IMG/VR virus record: IMGVR_UViG_3300011977_000001
Source: a virus
Strand: one strand, 5' to 3'
DNA length: 64,000 nt
A program made the translations under genes and the position numbers. Position 1 is the first letter of the stretch; every line of letters starts with the position of its first letter. Under the pieces are notes generated by a model. That model saw nothing but the letters and a program-made list of their open reading frames with translations. It searched no databases and was not told the DNA's origin. Shown in pieces: positions 26,966 through 36,716 of this stretch.

Positions 26966-28372
26966 TTAAACTGCGCTGTATCTGAATGTGTAATTCAGAT
27001 AAATCTTTTCCAGAGAATCGAGGTCGTCAAGAGCGATCAGGAACCATGCAGAGTCACCCTGATGCGGTCTGTCTGGATCCTCAATGAACGAATAGCCGGC
27101 CTGAATCTTTCCTTCTGCGAACATTGCATCCAGAACATCGGTTCCGAGCTTTATGACATTTGCAATTCCATCATCGTCATTGTCGATTCTTCCTGACAGC
27201 GGGTCGAGTGTTCTGTCGATACGGTCCATCGCTTCCTGACGAACCTTTACACGGCGAATCTTCTTCCAGCCTGCATCCTGATCACTGTTCGGATTGACCA
27301 GTGTAGTAACACCGGACTCAACTCTGACAGTGCCATCAGCAGCAGAGCTGAACATTACGCAGCCGTGCTGGATAGCCTCTATGTGCTGAGAATCGGTAAG
27401 GACCTCTCCCAGGTCTTCCATGTCAGTGACAGTCGCATGTACGATCGAGTCATTGGACGGAGTAGAAGCGATCATTCCAGCCACAATAGCCGCTGCTTCA
27501 TAACCCTCAACCAGGTCTCCGTCTGTGTCGATTGCGGAACCGCCGACATAAACCACGTTCTCATCATTGAATGCTGCTGAATGCTGGATTCTGGTCTTAA
27601 AGGCAACGCTCTTCGGTTCACCAACAACTGCGATAAACAGAGCTCCCAGGGACTTCATTCTTGTAACGAACGCATGAACCAGGGTGTGAACCGCCGGGTC
27701 GCCTGAATCTACACACAGAACATTGAAGCGATACGCTTCCAGAAGTGAAAGCGCAGTGCTGTAATTTTCTGTCTTAGTAGTCGGGTTCGTTCCTGCGGTA
27801 ATCGATGCCTGAGTAACATCAGCGATCTTTCCGGTCGCACCATCAGCTGTCTTTGCGGTGAATACTGCTGAATACTGATTGACTGCATCAACCAGGTTCT
27901 GAATTTCGCTGTCGCCGGCAACAAAATTGACCTTCTCGATCACAGTCGTTCCTTCATAAACGATCAGTTCCTTCATTCCTGCGTCTGCAAGAGTAGACTG
28001 AATCGTAACCTTGAAAGCACGATCAGACGGATACTTTGTGCTCAGGGTTACAGCAACCTTTTCGCCTGCCTTAACCTCATAACTTCCTGAAGTACCATCA
28101 GCGCCGACACGAACAACTCTCAGTTTGTTCGCTCCTGCCTGAAGTGCCCGGAACGCCACCTTCTTGACGCTATCGCTCTTGCCGTAAAGTTCTTCGAGCT
28201 CTGCCACGGTAGTGATCTCGTCACCAACTCCCAGAGGCCCCCAGTCTGCCTGGATGACTGCTGCGACAGTACCATCGTCTGCGCCTGCGACAACACCCAC
28301 GCTAGTGGTGGTGTATCTGCGGTACACGCCTGGTCTGACCTTTGTTTCACCGACTGTGTATAAAGATGCCAT
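26966..28372 (-). CDS. contractile tail sheath protein (XkdK-like)
   Basis: 468-aa ORF with the N-terminus MASLYTVGETKVRPGVYRRY. The call is supported by size and position ahead of the tube gene. Confidence 0.8.
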   Translation of the reverse strand: MASLYTVGETKVRPGVYRRYTTTSVGVVAGADDGTVAAVIQADWGPLGVGDEITTVAELEELYGKSDSVKKVAFRALQAGANKLRVVRVGADGTSGSYEVKAGEKVAVTLSTKYPSDRAFKVTIQSTLADAGMKELIVYEGTTVIEKVNFVAGDSEIQNLVDAVNQYSAVFTAKTADGATGKIADVTQASITAGTNPTTKTENYSTALSLLEAYRFNVLCVDSGDPAVHTLVHAFVTRMKSLGALFIAVVGEPKSVAFKTRIQHSAAFNDENVVYVGGSAIDTDGDLVEGYEAAAIVAGMIASTPSNDSIVHATVTDMEDLGEVLTDSQHIEAIQHGCVMFSSAADGTVRVESGVTTLVNPNSDQDAGWKKIRRVKVRQEAMDRIDRTLDPLSGRIDNDDDGIANVIKLGTDVLDAMFAEGKIQAGYSFIEDPDRPHQGDSAWFLIALDDLDSLEKIYLNYTFRYSAV

Positions 28373-28632
28373 CAGCCTTCTACCTTCCTTTCTCCAAATT
28401 CCTCAACCATTCTCTTTGCTTCCTCAATCGTTGCCGCTCCTACAATTCCCTTATAGTGGAAAGCAGCCCAGACCATATCTTTCGTGCTTCCGATCACTTC
28501 TGGGTGTTCGTAGAAGTCTTCAAACGGATAGAGTTTGAGCGGCTTCTTCTCGGTTTCCTTCGGAACCTGTGCTTCAACAACGTCCTTCTGGACGGTTTCT
28601 GCTTCATTGCTCTTCTTCGACATAGCTTTCAC
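28372..28632 (-). CDS. hypothetical small structural-module protein
   Basis: 86-aa ORF whose stop overlaps the sheath gene start. Confidence 0.45.
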   Translation of the reverse strand: MKAMSKKSNEAETVQKDVVEAQVPKETEKKPLKLYPFEDFYEHPEVIGSTKDMVWAAFHYKGIVGAATIEEAKRMVEEFGERKVEG

Positions 28633-28642
28633 TCCATTTCGT

Positions 28643-29503
28643 TCATCGAACTATTATATTTTTAAGCGGTGTCCCACCGAACTGAGTAAGTATTCCGTAG
28701 GTACCGGTAATCGTGATTTGCCCGGTTTTCAGCTGATCTGCACCCATCTGAGTGTCTGTTCTGTTCACCATCATTGGCGAATCATCGGGCATTGTGATTC
28801 GCTGTCTTCTGATTGCGATTGCTTCCAGCAGCATTTTTGCGATCGTTGACCTGGTTGTCAGGTCCGGAGCTATGATATGAACCATCAGGGTTGCATCGTA
28901 CCACTGAGTGAAGTATGTATTCGGCCTGCTGCTGTCGCTGAGATTTCTCAGTCTCACATACAGGACCGGTTTCTCATCAGTCGCCTCGAACACTTCCGGA
29001 AGATTGTCCTGCCCAATTACAATGTAATCAGGGAAGAGCTTCTTCACGAATGAATCAACGGCTGTAACCGGGCACGGATAGTTCAAATGTTGTACAGGAA
29101 GTGCAACGACATCAAATACCATCGTGACTCCTGCGATCTGATCTCCCGATTCCGGGGTGGTGAACGGAGTATTTGTGCGCCAGTTCACTGCGATCGTGTT
29201 CTCCGCATCTGCAAAAAACTTCTGATCAAGTGCCTTATGCACAATCGGCTCGATGTTTTCCAGAAAAACGTCAGGTGTAATATACACATCCAGCGTCAGA
29301 GTTCCTGAAATTTCTCGTTCAGGGTCATCCTGCATATCGAGCCCAAAAATGATTCGTGGATATTGAGTCTGACCATCATTCCAATTCTCATCTATCGCTG
29401 CCGGTGCTTCTCGGTTGAAAATCGCCGGCGTATCAGCATACTTCGCAAGCAGGTCCGTGATCTCCGTATTTTTTGTTAGGTACTTGTAAATGACTTCATC
29501 CAT
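28643..29503 (-). CDS. hypothetical neck/tail-completion region protein
   Basis: 286-aa ORF between the gp10-like gene and the sheath gene. No motif recognised. Confidence 0.5.
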   Translation of the reverse strand: MDEVIYKYLTKNTEITDLLAKYADTPAIFNREAPAAIDENWNDGQTQYPRIIFGLDMQDDPEREISGTLTLDVYITPDVFLENIEPIVHKALDQKFFADAENTIAVNWRTNTPFTTPESGDQIAGVTMVFDVVALPVQHLNYPCPVTAVDSFVKKLFPDYIVIGQDNLPEVFEATDEKPVLYVRLRNLSDSSRPNTYFTQWYDATLMVHIIAPDLTTRSTIAKMLLEAIAIRRQRITMPDDSPMMVNRTDTQMGADQLKTGQITITGTYGILTQFGGTPLKNIIVR

Positions 29504-29906
29504 AGTACGGTGCCTCGAAAATCTGCTTTATCATCGGTTCTGACTGATCTTTGATCTTCTGGAAATGCGGTCTCGCAGCAATCTTTGAATTACCATATTC
29601 CAGGTAAGTTGAAAGAAGATGACCATTGCGGACCGTTCTTCCGTTCTTAACCTGAATCACTACCGTAACAGCTCGATTGGATTCGCCGGCAACCCGGTTC
29701 TCACCTTTCATCGCCGCCCGGTATTGTCCGGTCCGGACACCAGGCGGATTCCCTGGTGCTGAAGGACTAGGGTTCGTTACAACCTGCTGTGCGGTCTGCT
29801 GAGTGTTCTGCGCAGCCTTAGCCGCCCTGGTCTTCACTCCCGAGATGATAGTCCTGTCGATTTTCTCCCTGATCTCCATCAGCTGCACTGACGGCCTTTG
29901 AGCCAT
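29496..29906 (-). CDS. HK97 gp10-like tail-completion/neck protein
   Basis: 136-aa ORF with the C-terminal ...YGNSKIAARPHFQKI... pattern, in the expected neck-module position. Confidence 0.5.
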   Translation of the reverse strand: MAQRPSVQLMEIREKIDRTIISGVKTRAAKAAQNTQQTAQQVVTNPSPSAPGNPPGVRTGQYRAAMKGENRVAGESNRAVTVVIQVKNGRTVRNGHLLSTYLEYGNSKIAARPHFQKIKDQSEPMIKQIFEAPYYG

Positions 29907-30255
29907 ATTGCAGGTCCTTTCTCTCGTTCAGTCTGTACGCAGTGAAATGACCGAGTTCTCCGTGATCGTGGAATGTTTCTACCCGGAACATCCGATTTCC
30001 TTCCAACATGAACAGATAGTCATTTTGCTGCAACTGCGGGCCTCCGAACGTGACCAGTGTGTGTGAAACTTCGAGACCGTTCTGCTTGTAAGTTTCCCGT
30101 TCGGTCGGATTGATCTGAGACAACATTCCGTAAATTACGGTCCCGGTGTCTTCAAATTTCGCTGCCTTTCCGACCGCTCCCGCAGCAGAAACCATCGTTT
30201 TACGCTTCAGCAGCTTAAACTCTTTATGTCCCTGCCACGGTACAATGAACGGCAT
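29818..30255 (-). CDS. head closure / head-tail adaptor-like protein
   Basis: 145-aa ORF in the connector region. Its last ~30 codons overlap the next ORF, so the true 3' limits and the neighbour's start are uncertain. Confidence 0.45.
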   Translation of the reverse strand: MPFIVPWQGHKEFKLLKRKTMVSAAGAVGKAAKFEDTGTVIYGMLSQINPTERETYKQNGLEVSHTLVTFGGPQLQQNDYLFMLEGNRMFRVETFHDHGELGHFTAYRLNERKDLQYGSKAVSAADGDQGENRQDYHLGSEDQGG

Positions 30256-30268
30256 TTCGTTTCACCTC

Positions 30269-30679
30269 TTAGTCTTCATGCGGATAATTCATGTTTGTCT
30301 GCATATTCTTGTGGAAGTAGTGCGGATCACTCGGGCCATAGTAAGAACCGTACACAGCTGTCGGCACTCCGCTGGAAAGTTCCTTTTTCAGCTCTTTTCG
30401 CATCTGCCTCCACCTTTCCGCTCTTGAATCGAGACTGTACGAGAGACCATCAACTGACGTATTCACCTCAAATGAAAGTCTCATCACGATTGCGTCCAGG
30501 CATTTCAGCTTTGCTCGCTTCCAGTTAGTCGGGTGCTCACTGATCATCTGTGCATATTCTTCATCACACAGTGCAGCAGTCGCCTTCCCGCCTTCCACAA
30601 TCGTGTCGCCCAGTTCAAATCTCATTCGGTTTACACCTCCTGAAATCTGAGACGGGTCATATGTGTACGTTCCAGCCAT
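30269..30679 (-). CDS. putative head-tail connector protein
   Basis: 136-aa ORF downstream of the capsid gene. The call rests on position only. Confidence 0.45.
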   Translation of the reverse strand: MAGTYTYDPSQISGGVNRMRFELGDTIVEGGKATAALCDEEYAQMISEHPTNWKRAKLKCLDAIVMRLSFEVNTSVDGLSYSLDSRAERWRQMRKELKKELSSGVPTAVYGSYYGPSDPHYFHKNMQTNMNYPHED

Positions 30680-30683
30680 GCCC

Positions 30684-30989
30684 TTATGCCCCTACTTTCT
30701 TCCTGCCGCCCCTCTTGCCGGTTTTGGCCGGCTGAGAGGGTACTTCTTTGGGTACATCGCTTTCAGGCTTTTCTGGGGCTTTCTGAGCGGTCTGAGCGGA
30801 ATCGGATTTCTCCTCCTCCGCCTCGTTTGCCTTTTCATCAGTCTTCGGCTTTTCACCATCGACCTCAGCGATCATGCCCCACCTGATCAGCGCAGAAACC
30901 CTCGATTTAACGATTGCCTCCTCCGGAATAGACTCTCCTACACGGAAAGTCTTTCCTCCGAAGTGGCACGGTTTCTTGGCAATATACAT
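30684..30989 (-). CDS. hypothetical protein with a charged, low-complexity C-terminal tail
   Basis: 101-aa ORF directly after the major capsid gene. Confidence 0.45.
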   Translation of the reverse strand: MYIAKKPCHFGGKTFRVGESIPEEAIVKSRVSALIRWGMIAEVDGEKPKTDEKANEAEEEKSDSAQTAQKAPEKPESDVPKEVPSQPAKTGKRGGRKKVGA

Positions 30990-31008
30990 TTAATTCACTC
31001 CTTCACCA

Positions 31009-32028
31009 TCAAACGCAGTCAGACAGGAACGCACCCAGGTCCTGAGAAGTAACCTTCATATCCATAGACATAAGGCCCTCAATGTACTCGGAATGAGTTC
31101 CGTTCTCGCCGGTCCACTGCAGAACCGGAAGATAATTGCCATCTCCCAGCGGATCCCATGTGAAGATGTAGCCTGCGGACGGCTCTTCGATAGACGGTGC
31201 ATCGGTAGCGTACAGAAGCAGTGCCCCCTTCGGGTCGCAGATGAAATCCATCTGACCATCAGCACCGGTCTTTGCCTTATTGACGATCGAGTCAAATACG
31301 ACAACCTTATCGACTCCAAACAGGGTTGCGAGAACATTCTCGTTTGCCTGAGCCGGGTTAGAAGACGAGCCCTGGCCGGTAACACGCTCGATGATTGACG
31401 GATGATTGATCAGTGCGTTGTAGGTTTCCTCACCAAGACCCAGCTTATTCGGCTTGCGGCCCTTCTTCTTCAGGTCAGAAATCAGATTGCGGAAAAACGG
31501 AATCGGTTCAGAGTTGGAATCGCTGAACTTCACGAAGCTATTGGAAGCGGATGCGTTATCAGCTCCAGCCATGTCGGTTCCCCACACGCCCTTCTTGAAG
31601 AACTTCTCAGCGAAGAGAATATCCTGATGAATAGCCATCTGCTGAGAAATTGTCTTGGTCTTCATGTTCTGCTTGTTCATGAATGCCGGTGCATTGGTTC
31701 TTGCATAGTTGATCTGCTCAATCTGGTCAATGCCAAGGATGATCTGCTCAACGGTGCAGTCGTAAACGCCAGTCTCATGTGCGATCTGAGCCGGGTCAAC
31801 CTTGCCGAACTGAGGTTTTGCATGAACGTTGTCACGCAGCAGGTCTTCTTTGGACCAGATGTAGTAAGATGCGCTGGACAGTCTTACCGGAAGAATCGGG
31901 AACAGGGACTTTGCCGGTCTGTTCTGCTCATTCTGGAAATAAGCCATCGCCATAGTTGTCAGGTAAATATTGGGATTAAAAGCTCCCTTTGCGATTGCGG
32001 TAGAAATATCGCCAGTATTAACGGACAT
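31009..32028 (-). CDS. major capsid protein
   Basis: 339-aa ORF following the scaffold and decoration genes. The call rests on size and position, with a strong SD context. Confidence 0.75.
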   Translation of the reverse strand: MSVNTGDISTAIAKGAFNPNIYLTTMAMAYFQNEQNRPAKSLFPILPVRLSSASYYIWSKEDLLRDNVHAKPQFGKVDPAQIAHETGVYDCTVEQIILGIDQIEQINYARTNAPAFMNKQNMKTKTISQQMAIHQDILFAEKFFKKGVWGTDMAGADNASASNSFVKFSDSNSEPIPFFRNLISDLKKKGRKPNKLGLGEETYNALINHPSIIERVTGQGSSSNPAQANENVLATLFGVDKVVVFDSIVNKAKTGADGQMDFICDPKGALLLYATDAPSIEEPSAGYIFTWDPLGDGNYLPVLQWTGENGTHSEYIEGLMSMDMKVTSQDLGAFLSDCV

Positions 32029-32052
32029 TCTTATACCCTCCTTTTATCTGGT

Positions 32053-32448
32053 TTACGCATTCTTCTGATACTTCGTCATCTGGAAGTAGAAGAACTCACC
32101 TGCTGATGCAGACTCAAGAGCGATGCCTGCAACAAAGTTGCCAGCTGCTGCCTTAGCGGCGGTTCCGGTCGCATCGGTAGCGATCTCGTCACCCTTTGCG
32201 ATCTCTGCGCCTGCCTTAGCAAGTCCGATGTCTTTAATCTGGACATCAACGTTTGCGTCCTTTTCTAGGTTGACACGATTGGTGATAATTCCAACACCAA
32301 ATACGACTTCACCTGCGGTATCAGCCGGGACGACTTTACCATCAACGTACTTGAGGAACTTTCCTCTTACGTCTTCAATAGCTGCGCCAGCGGTCTCAGC
32401 AAATACTGCTGAATTGTTGATCTGGCTTGTCATATAAGTCTTAGCCAT
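32053..32448 (-). CDS. head decoration protein (DUF2190-like)
   Basis: 131-aa Gly/Ala/Val-rich ORF between the scaffold and capsid genes. The sequence style (…GDEIATDATGTAAKA…AGIALESA…) is typical of DUF2190 proteins. Confidence 0.6.
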   Translation of the reverse strand: MAKTYMTSQINNSAVFAETAGAAIEDVRGKFLKYVDGKVVPADTAGEVVFGVGIITNRVNLEKDANVDVQIKDIGLAKAGAEIAKGDEIATDATGTAAKAAAGNFVAGIALESASAGEFFYFQMTKYQKNA

Positions 32449-32463
32449 TGTATTTTCCTCCTT

Positions 32464-33618
32464 TTATCTCCTGCGGTTCTGCTCGTACTCAAGTGCAATC
32501 TCCGGATGATCGGACCATGCCTTTGCTTTCGCATCGATATAGTTCATTCCCGGCTGCGACTTGATGTACGACTTTGCAATCTGCTCAATCCTGGACTCCG
32601 GGTCATCGGATGACGGTCCTGCGAAGGACTTTCCGATTTCGCCAAAGACACTGGACTTCTCATAAAGGGATAGTGTCTTGTCCAGGTTGTCCAGATAAGA
32701 CTTGTAGATACCATCACCGGCCTGCTTCATCTCATAAAGGGTTTCTGCAAGTTTGTCCGGGTCCTCTCCGATCGTCTCATACTTCTTGGCGATCTCGGTG
32801 AGCTCCTGCATATCGAATCTCTTCTGAAGAACTGCGATGTTCTCCTCCTGCTTTTTCAGCAGATTCTTATATGCTGCGCTCTTTGCTACATCGGACTTCT
32901 TGCAAGCCTTCTTTACGCACTTCTTAGTGACCGGCTTGGTCTCAGGTGCTTCCTCCGGTACATCTTCCTCGGTATCGTCCTCGGGCTCTTCGTCCCCGGT
33001 GTCATCCTGGTATTCGGCATCGTCCTCTTCACCATCATCCTCGTACTCGTCCTCAGACTCCTCAATCTCATCATCCTCGGAATAATCCTCAGAATCTTCT
33101 GTGTCGTCCTCCTCCTCGTAGTCGGAATCTTCCTCTTCATCCTCAGCCTTTGTGACCTTGCCGCACTTCTTTGTAACCTTGCCACATGCCTTTCCGATCA
33201 GTGCGGACAGCTGCTCCTTCTCCTCGTCAGTCAGGTTTTCGCTCTTGAGCATGTCACCATACTTGGCTGTAACGTCATCCTCTTCTGCCGGTTCCTTCTC
33301 GAAGGAATAGCTCTTGATAATGTCGTTGTACATTGCTTCATTGAACTGGACCAGACTCTTCGCAAGAAGGTCTCTTGCCTCACTGTCGGTGATGTCCTGA
33401 TCGTCCATAATGGACTTATAGGACTTGTAGAGGCAATCGAGATTGGTCCCGGTTGCTTCCATTGACTTATTCACCATCACATCCACCTCGTCTGCTGATT
33501 TCAAAATTGGTGTCTCCGCATCTGCGCTCTTATAGAGCTTGATGTCTGCATCCGGGTTTGCACCTCTCCGGACCAGATCAACACTTTTCAAAATCATGTG
33601 CTTTAATCTGTTTGCCAT
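32464..33618 (-). CDS. scaffolding protein with a long D/E-rich tract
   Basis: ATG 33618 has an AAAGGAGA SD. The N-terminus SVDLVRRGANPDA resembles the N-terminal VSxVDKGAN motif of XkdF-type proteins. The centre contains about 70 acidic residues. The gene lies upstream of the decoration and capsid genes. Confidence 0.6.
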   Translation of the reverse strand: MANRLKHMILKSVDLVRRGANPDADIKLYKSADAETPILKSADEVDVMVNKSMEATGTNLDCLYKSYKSIMDDQDITDSEARDLLAKSLVQFNEAMYNDIIKSYSFEKEPAEEDDVTAKYGDMLKSENLTDEEKEQLSALIGKACGKVTKKCGKVTKAEDEEEDSDYEEEDDTEDSEDYSEDDEIEESEDEYEDDGEEDDAEYQDDTGDEEPEDDTEEDVPEEAPETKPVTKKCVKKACKKSDVAKSAAYKNLLKKQEENIAVLQKRFDMQELTEIAKKYETIGEDPDKLAETLYEMKQAGDGIYKSYLDNLDKTLSLYEKSSVFGEIGKSFAGPSSDDPESRIEQIAKSYIKSQPGMNYIDAKAKAWSDHPEIALEYEQNRRR

Positions 33619-33700
33619 CTTGGTCTCCTTTCTTTCAATATTTGCTGGCAAATTTATCTGGTCGGGTCTCCCCGGATCAGCGTCCTCATGTTTCTCTGGA

Positions 33701-34132
33701 TCATGTCTCTGGCCTCCTGTTCTGCTCCATGTACCTGTTCAGACTATCTTCGAAATTTGGAAGCAATTTCCGTTTCCTGAGCTCCGACTCGCTCAGCCAT
33801 CGTGCGTGAAGCATTTCAACCTCATCTGTTTTCGGTTCTCCCTTAAACTCGTCCGTCCAGAAATAGACGGTTTTGCTCAGGGTATTTCCAAATTTTGTTC
33901 TGTTCAGTGGCCTGAGATGGAGTGGTATGATATTGAACTCTTCTTTTGCCTCCCTCTTAGCCGCCTGCTGTGGGGTCTCTCCCCACTCAGCGTGGCCTCC
34001 TGGTCCACAAAGCCCTCTACCATCACTTCGTTCTCCTACGAGAAACTTTCCGTCCCGCACTACCAGGACTGCCGCTGAATGCGTTTTCGTATCAGCGTTC
34101 TTCCGAATTTGCTCAAATGTCTGTGCAGCCAT
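33701..34132 (-). CDS. NUDIX hydrolase carrying the shared N-terminal leader (MAAQTFEQIRK)
   Basis: The Nudix box is GHAEWGETPQQAAKREAKEEFNI (G-x5-E-x7-RE-x2-EE). The first 11 aa match the leader of gene 45637..47385 (MRAQTFEQIKK). Confidence 0.8.
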   Translation of the reverse strand: MAAQTFEQIRKNADTKTHSAAVLVVRDGKFLVGERSDGRGLCGPGGHAEWGETPQQAAKREAKEEFNIIPLHLRPLNRTKFGNTLSKTVYFWTDEFKGEPKTDEVEMLHARWLSESELRKRKLLPNFEDSLNRYMEQNRRPET

Positions 34133-34134
34133 CG

Positions 34135-35061
34135 TTACCTCATTGGAACTCGCTTACCCTGCCCTGCGATCGAGAACATCTGATATGTTCCGTTCTTTAC
34201 AAGCTCCCAGGTCCGTGGGTCATCAACTTTGAAGCCTATCCACCATCCAAGCGGCACCGTTCCCTGCGGGATTCCCATTGCTTTCAACTTCTCGTCCGTA
34301 AAGACTACGGACTCGACCAGACGACATTTGTTCTGAAGCATCGGGTTATGTTCCTCTCCGCCCGTATGCCAGTTCAGAACATATTCATACACAGCCTTTT
34401 CGAGTTCCTGCGGGGAAACCATATCTCCCTGAAGATCCAGGACCTGCTCTCCGTTCTTTCGTTCAGAGACGTTTGCCCATCCGAATACCAGCTGCTGATC
34501 GTCAACAGACTTTTTTACCATGAACTCGGTTTCTTCTGGCTCTTCCTCTTTCTTCGGTTCTTTACCATCAGACTCATCCGGTTCCTCAGAATCTTCTTCC
34601 TCAACTCCATACACAGCCTGCGGAATATCCGCCGAAAGACTCAGCTGCTGTTTCCTGAACGGCAACCCAGGTTCAACATATCCAAGAGTCATATGCGGTC
34701 TGTAGACTTCAAAGTCTCCGACAACATTCATTCCCATATTTCTGAGAATACGGAGAAGTTTTGACCGAAGTGCTTCGAGCTGCCCCTGCTGCACTCTTGC
34801 ATAGATCACGTCTTTACCATCGCTGCTCTCAGACGCATCGAATCGCCCAGTTTCATCGAACTGAATCTTCTCAGGAATGTCATTTGTGACCTCACTGATT
34901 GCTTCCTCGACTCTCTTCTCTGCCTCCTCAGTAGTCAGGGTAGTGTTTCTTACCCATCCATAAATCAGAGTTATGTGGAGGTCATCGGTGTCCTCAGTGT
35001 GAGCAATGTCATCCGGGTTATTCAGCACTGTTTTCAATGCGATATAAACTTTCAAATCCAT
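34135..35061 (-). CDS. fusion of a 2H phosphoesterase (LigT/Acb1-like fold) with an XkdF-like putative prohead protease domain
   Basis: The N-terminal half has two H-x-T motifs (HITLIYG, HMTLGYV). The C-terminal half, QQLVFGWANV...LQGDMVSPQELEKAVYEY...VESVVF...GWWIGFKVDDPRTWELVKNGTYQMFSIAG, parallels B. subtilis XkdF as I recall it. Confidence 0.65.
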   Translation of the reverse strand: MDLKVYIALKTVLNNPDDIAHTEDTDDLHITLIYGWVRNTTLTTEEAEKRVEEAISEVTNDIPEKIQFDETGRFDASESSDGKDVIYARVQQGQLEALRSKLLRILRNMGMNVVGDFEVYRPHMTLGYVEPGLPFRKQQLSLSADIPQAVYGVEEEDSEEPDESDGKEPKKEEEPEETEFMVKKSVDDQQLVFGWANVSERKNGEQVLDLQGDMVSPQELEKAVYEYVLNWHTGGEEHNPMLQNKCRLVESVVFTDEKLKAMGIPQGTVPLGWWIGFKVDDPRTWELVKNGTYQMFSIAGQGKRVPMR

Positions 35062-35182
35062 TTGCTATCACCTCAAAACGCACATTTGTGTCTTCCTGAT
35101 TTGCATAATAGTGCACCTGTGCACACTGCTTCAATGAGCCAGGTGATTTTTTGACAACTTTTGTGCGGACTTTCATAATGAA

Positions 35183-35737
35183 TTACTTAGTCCGTTTCTT
35201 TTTAGGTCTTGAATTGCCGCCTCTGAGAATGTCATAGACCTGATTGTTGCGTTTCCATGAATCGTCATACTTTCTGCCAGCCTGGCGTGTAGTTGCCGTT
35301 GTCCCGGTCTTCTTGTTCTGTCTTCTTACTCTCTTCAGGCGGTTTTTCCTCTCTCTTGCGGACTCAACGGGTTCGCCAGCCTGTGAAAGATGATGTGTAC
35401 GGGTGTACTGTCTCTGAGCGTCACCTATTTTCTTCGCATTTTTGCGATGATTCTCGTAGACATCAGTTCCTTCGGCATCATCGTCTACCCTCGTTCCAAC
35501 CATGCGTACCCCGCTTCCGAGCTTTCCAGTACGAACAACCTCACGGGCGATTGCTCTGTTATGAGCTTTGCTTGCTCCCGGCTTATACGTAAATGAAACA
35601 GCATTCGGTCCAGTTGAGAAGCGGCCAAGTGCATCGTGGAACGGGTTGAACTTTTCAATATCTTTCTCTTCAACTGCTTTGAAGTCTGCGTCTTTCGATG
35701 CAGTCTTCATAATGTCAAAAAACAGTTCAGCCATCAT
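35183..35737 (-). CDS. leader-tagged basic protein of unknown function
   Basis: The start MMAELFFDIMK at 35737/35734 follows AAAGGGG. The core motif KFNPFHDALGRF is at 35618..35653. The C-terminal half is very R/K-rich. Confidence 0.6.
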   Translation of the reverse strand: MMAELFFDIMKTASKDADFKAVEEKDIEKFNPFHDALGRFSTGPNAVSFTYKPGASKAHNRAIAREVVRTGKLGSGVRMVGTRVDDDAEGTDVYENHRKNAKKIGDAQRQYTRTHHLSQAGEPVESARERKNRLKRVRRQNKKTGTTATTRQAGRKYDDSWKRNNQVYDILRGGNSRPKKKRTK

Positions 35738-36716
35738 TTTCCCCTTTCTTCTTATTTCCCAGCTCAACCAGATCTCCCAGGACGGTTGCCAGCTTTTCGT
35801 CCTTTTTGAACAGGTCATTGAGCAGTGGAAGCGCCACTTCCACCATCTGTGGATGCGGTGCTCCTGTGGTTCCTAGTGCCCTCAATTCAAAGAAGTGCCT
35901 CCACTCCCTCATGTTTGCAGTCATAACCAGTTCTGTTTTTACAGAAATCGGAAGTACAGACCGAGCCATCTGAGGAGTCACGTTTCCACCGATCATTGTT
36001 TCGTAAGCGTCTTCTGTGCCTTCGGCAATCTTGTTCCACCAATCTCCTGGCCAGTCATTCTCTGGGAACTCGAACGGTTTGACAAATGTCACTCCATTAC
36101 CATAGTTGCAATACCTTGTGCTTTCCTGGGCGAAAGACGCTTCTCTATGTCTCACAATCTCGTGTGAAACTCCCCTGTCGCAGATGAATTTCACGGTGAG
36201 GTCGTAATGAACCATCATTTCCCTGGGCGAAAGGTTTTCTTTATCCAGCTCTGTGTATTTTGAGGTGAGCTTTCCAGCAGTGATCTTGCTGAAATCGATC
36301 ATGTCAAATATCGGAAAATATTTTTTCTGCTGGAATATCTCGGCTAGGTCCTTTGAAATTCTGCAGTTATTTCTGGCGCAGGCTTCGAAGAACTCCAACC
36401 ATGCCCGCATGTTCCCTGAAACAATGTTTCTTCCGGAATATTCAAAGCTAGTGGCTCTGAGTTTCAGCAACTCACCATAGTTCTGCACGAATATCGTGCA
36501 CAGTCTAGGAACTTCATCCGTCCTGCTTTCCAGGATGATTGATGCATGTTCAAGCATTGCATAGTGCTTATGTTTCACCAGGGCTCGTACCATCTTTACG
36601 GCTGAGCCCTCTGTGATCCTCTTTTCGGACTTGTAACAAGTCCTCGCTACCTTCTCGATCTTCTTCACCGGATCCTTCTCGGTGATAATCTCGTGTCCCG
36701 CCTTGACTAGCTTCAT
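35727..36716 (-). CDS. thyX: flavin-dependent thymidylate synthase
   Basis: The ThyX signature RHR..S.QESTRY is present as VRHREASFAQESTRY, together with a downstream ...REWRHFFELR... motif. Confidence 0.85.
   Translation of the reverse strand: MKLVKAGHEIITEKDPVKKIEKVARTCYKSEKRITEGSAVKMVRALVKHKHYAMLEHASIILESRTDEVPRLCTIFVQNYGELLKLRATSFEYSGRNIVSGNMRAWLEFFEACARNNCRISKDLAEIFQQKKYFPIFDMIDFSKITAGKLTSKYTELDKENLSPREMMVHYDLTVKFICDRGVSHEIVRHREASFAQESTRYCNYGNGVTFVKPFEFPENDWPGDWWNKIAEGTEDAYETMIGGNVTPQMARSVLPISVKTELVMTANMREWRHFFELRALGTTGAPHPQMVEVALPLLNDLFKKDEKLATVLGDLVELGNKKKGENDG

Noticed and set aside
32900-33190. A stretch in the scaffold gene looks repetitive, and the track shows ORFs in three frames on both strands there (32837..33085, 32913..33185, 32946..33155).
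   Set aside because: The stretch is codon-level low complexity encoding a D/E-rich tract. It has no fixed repeat unit, no spacers and no CRISPR-like periodicity, and the alternative frames give Ser/Pro/Arg-rich nonsense.
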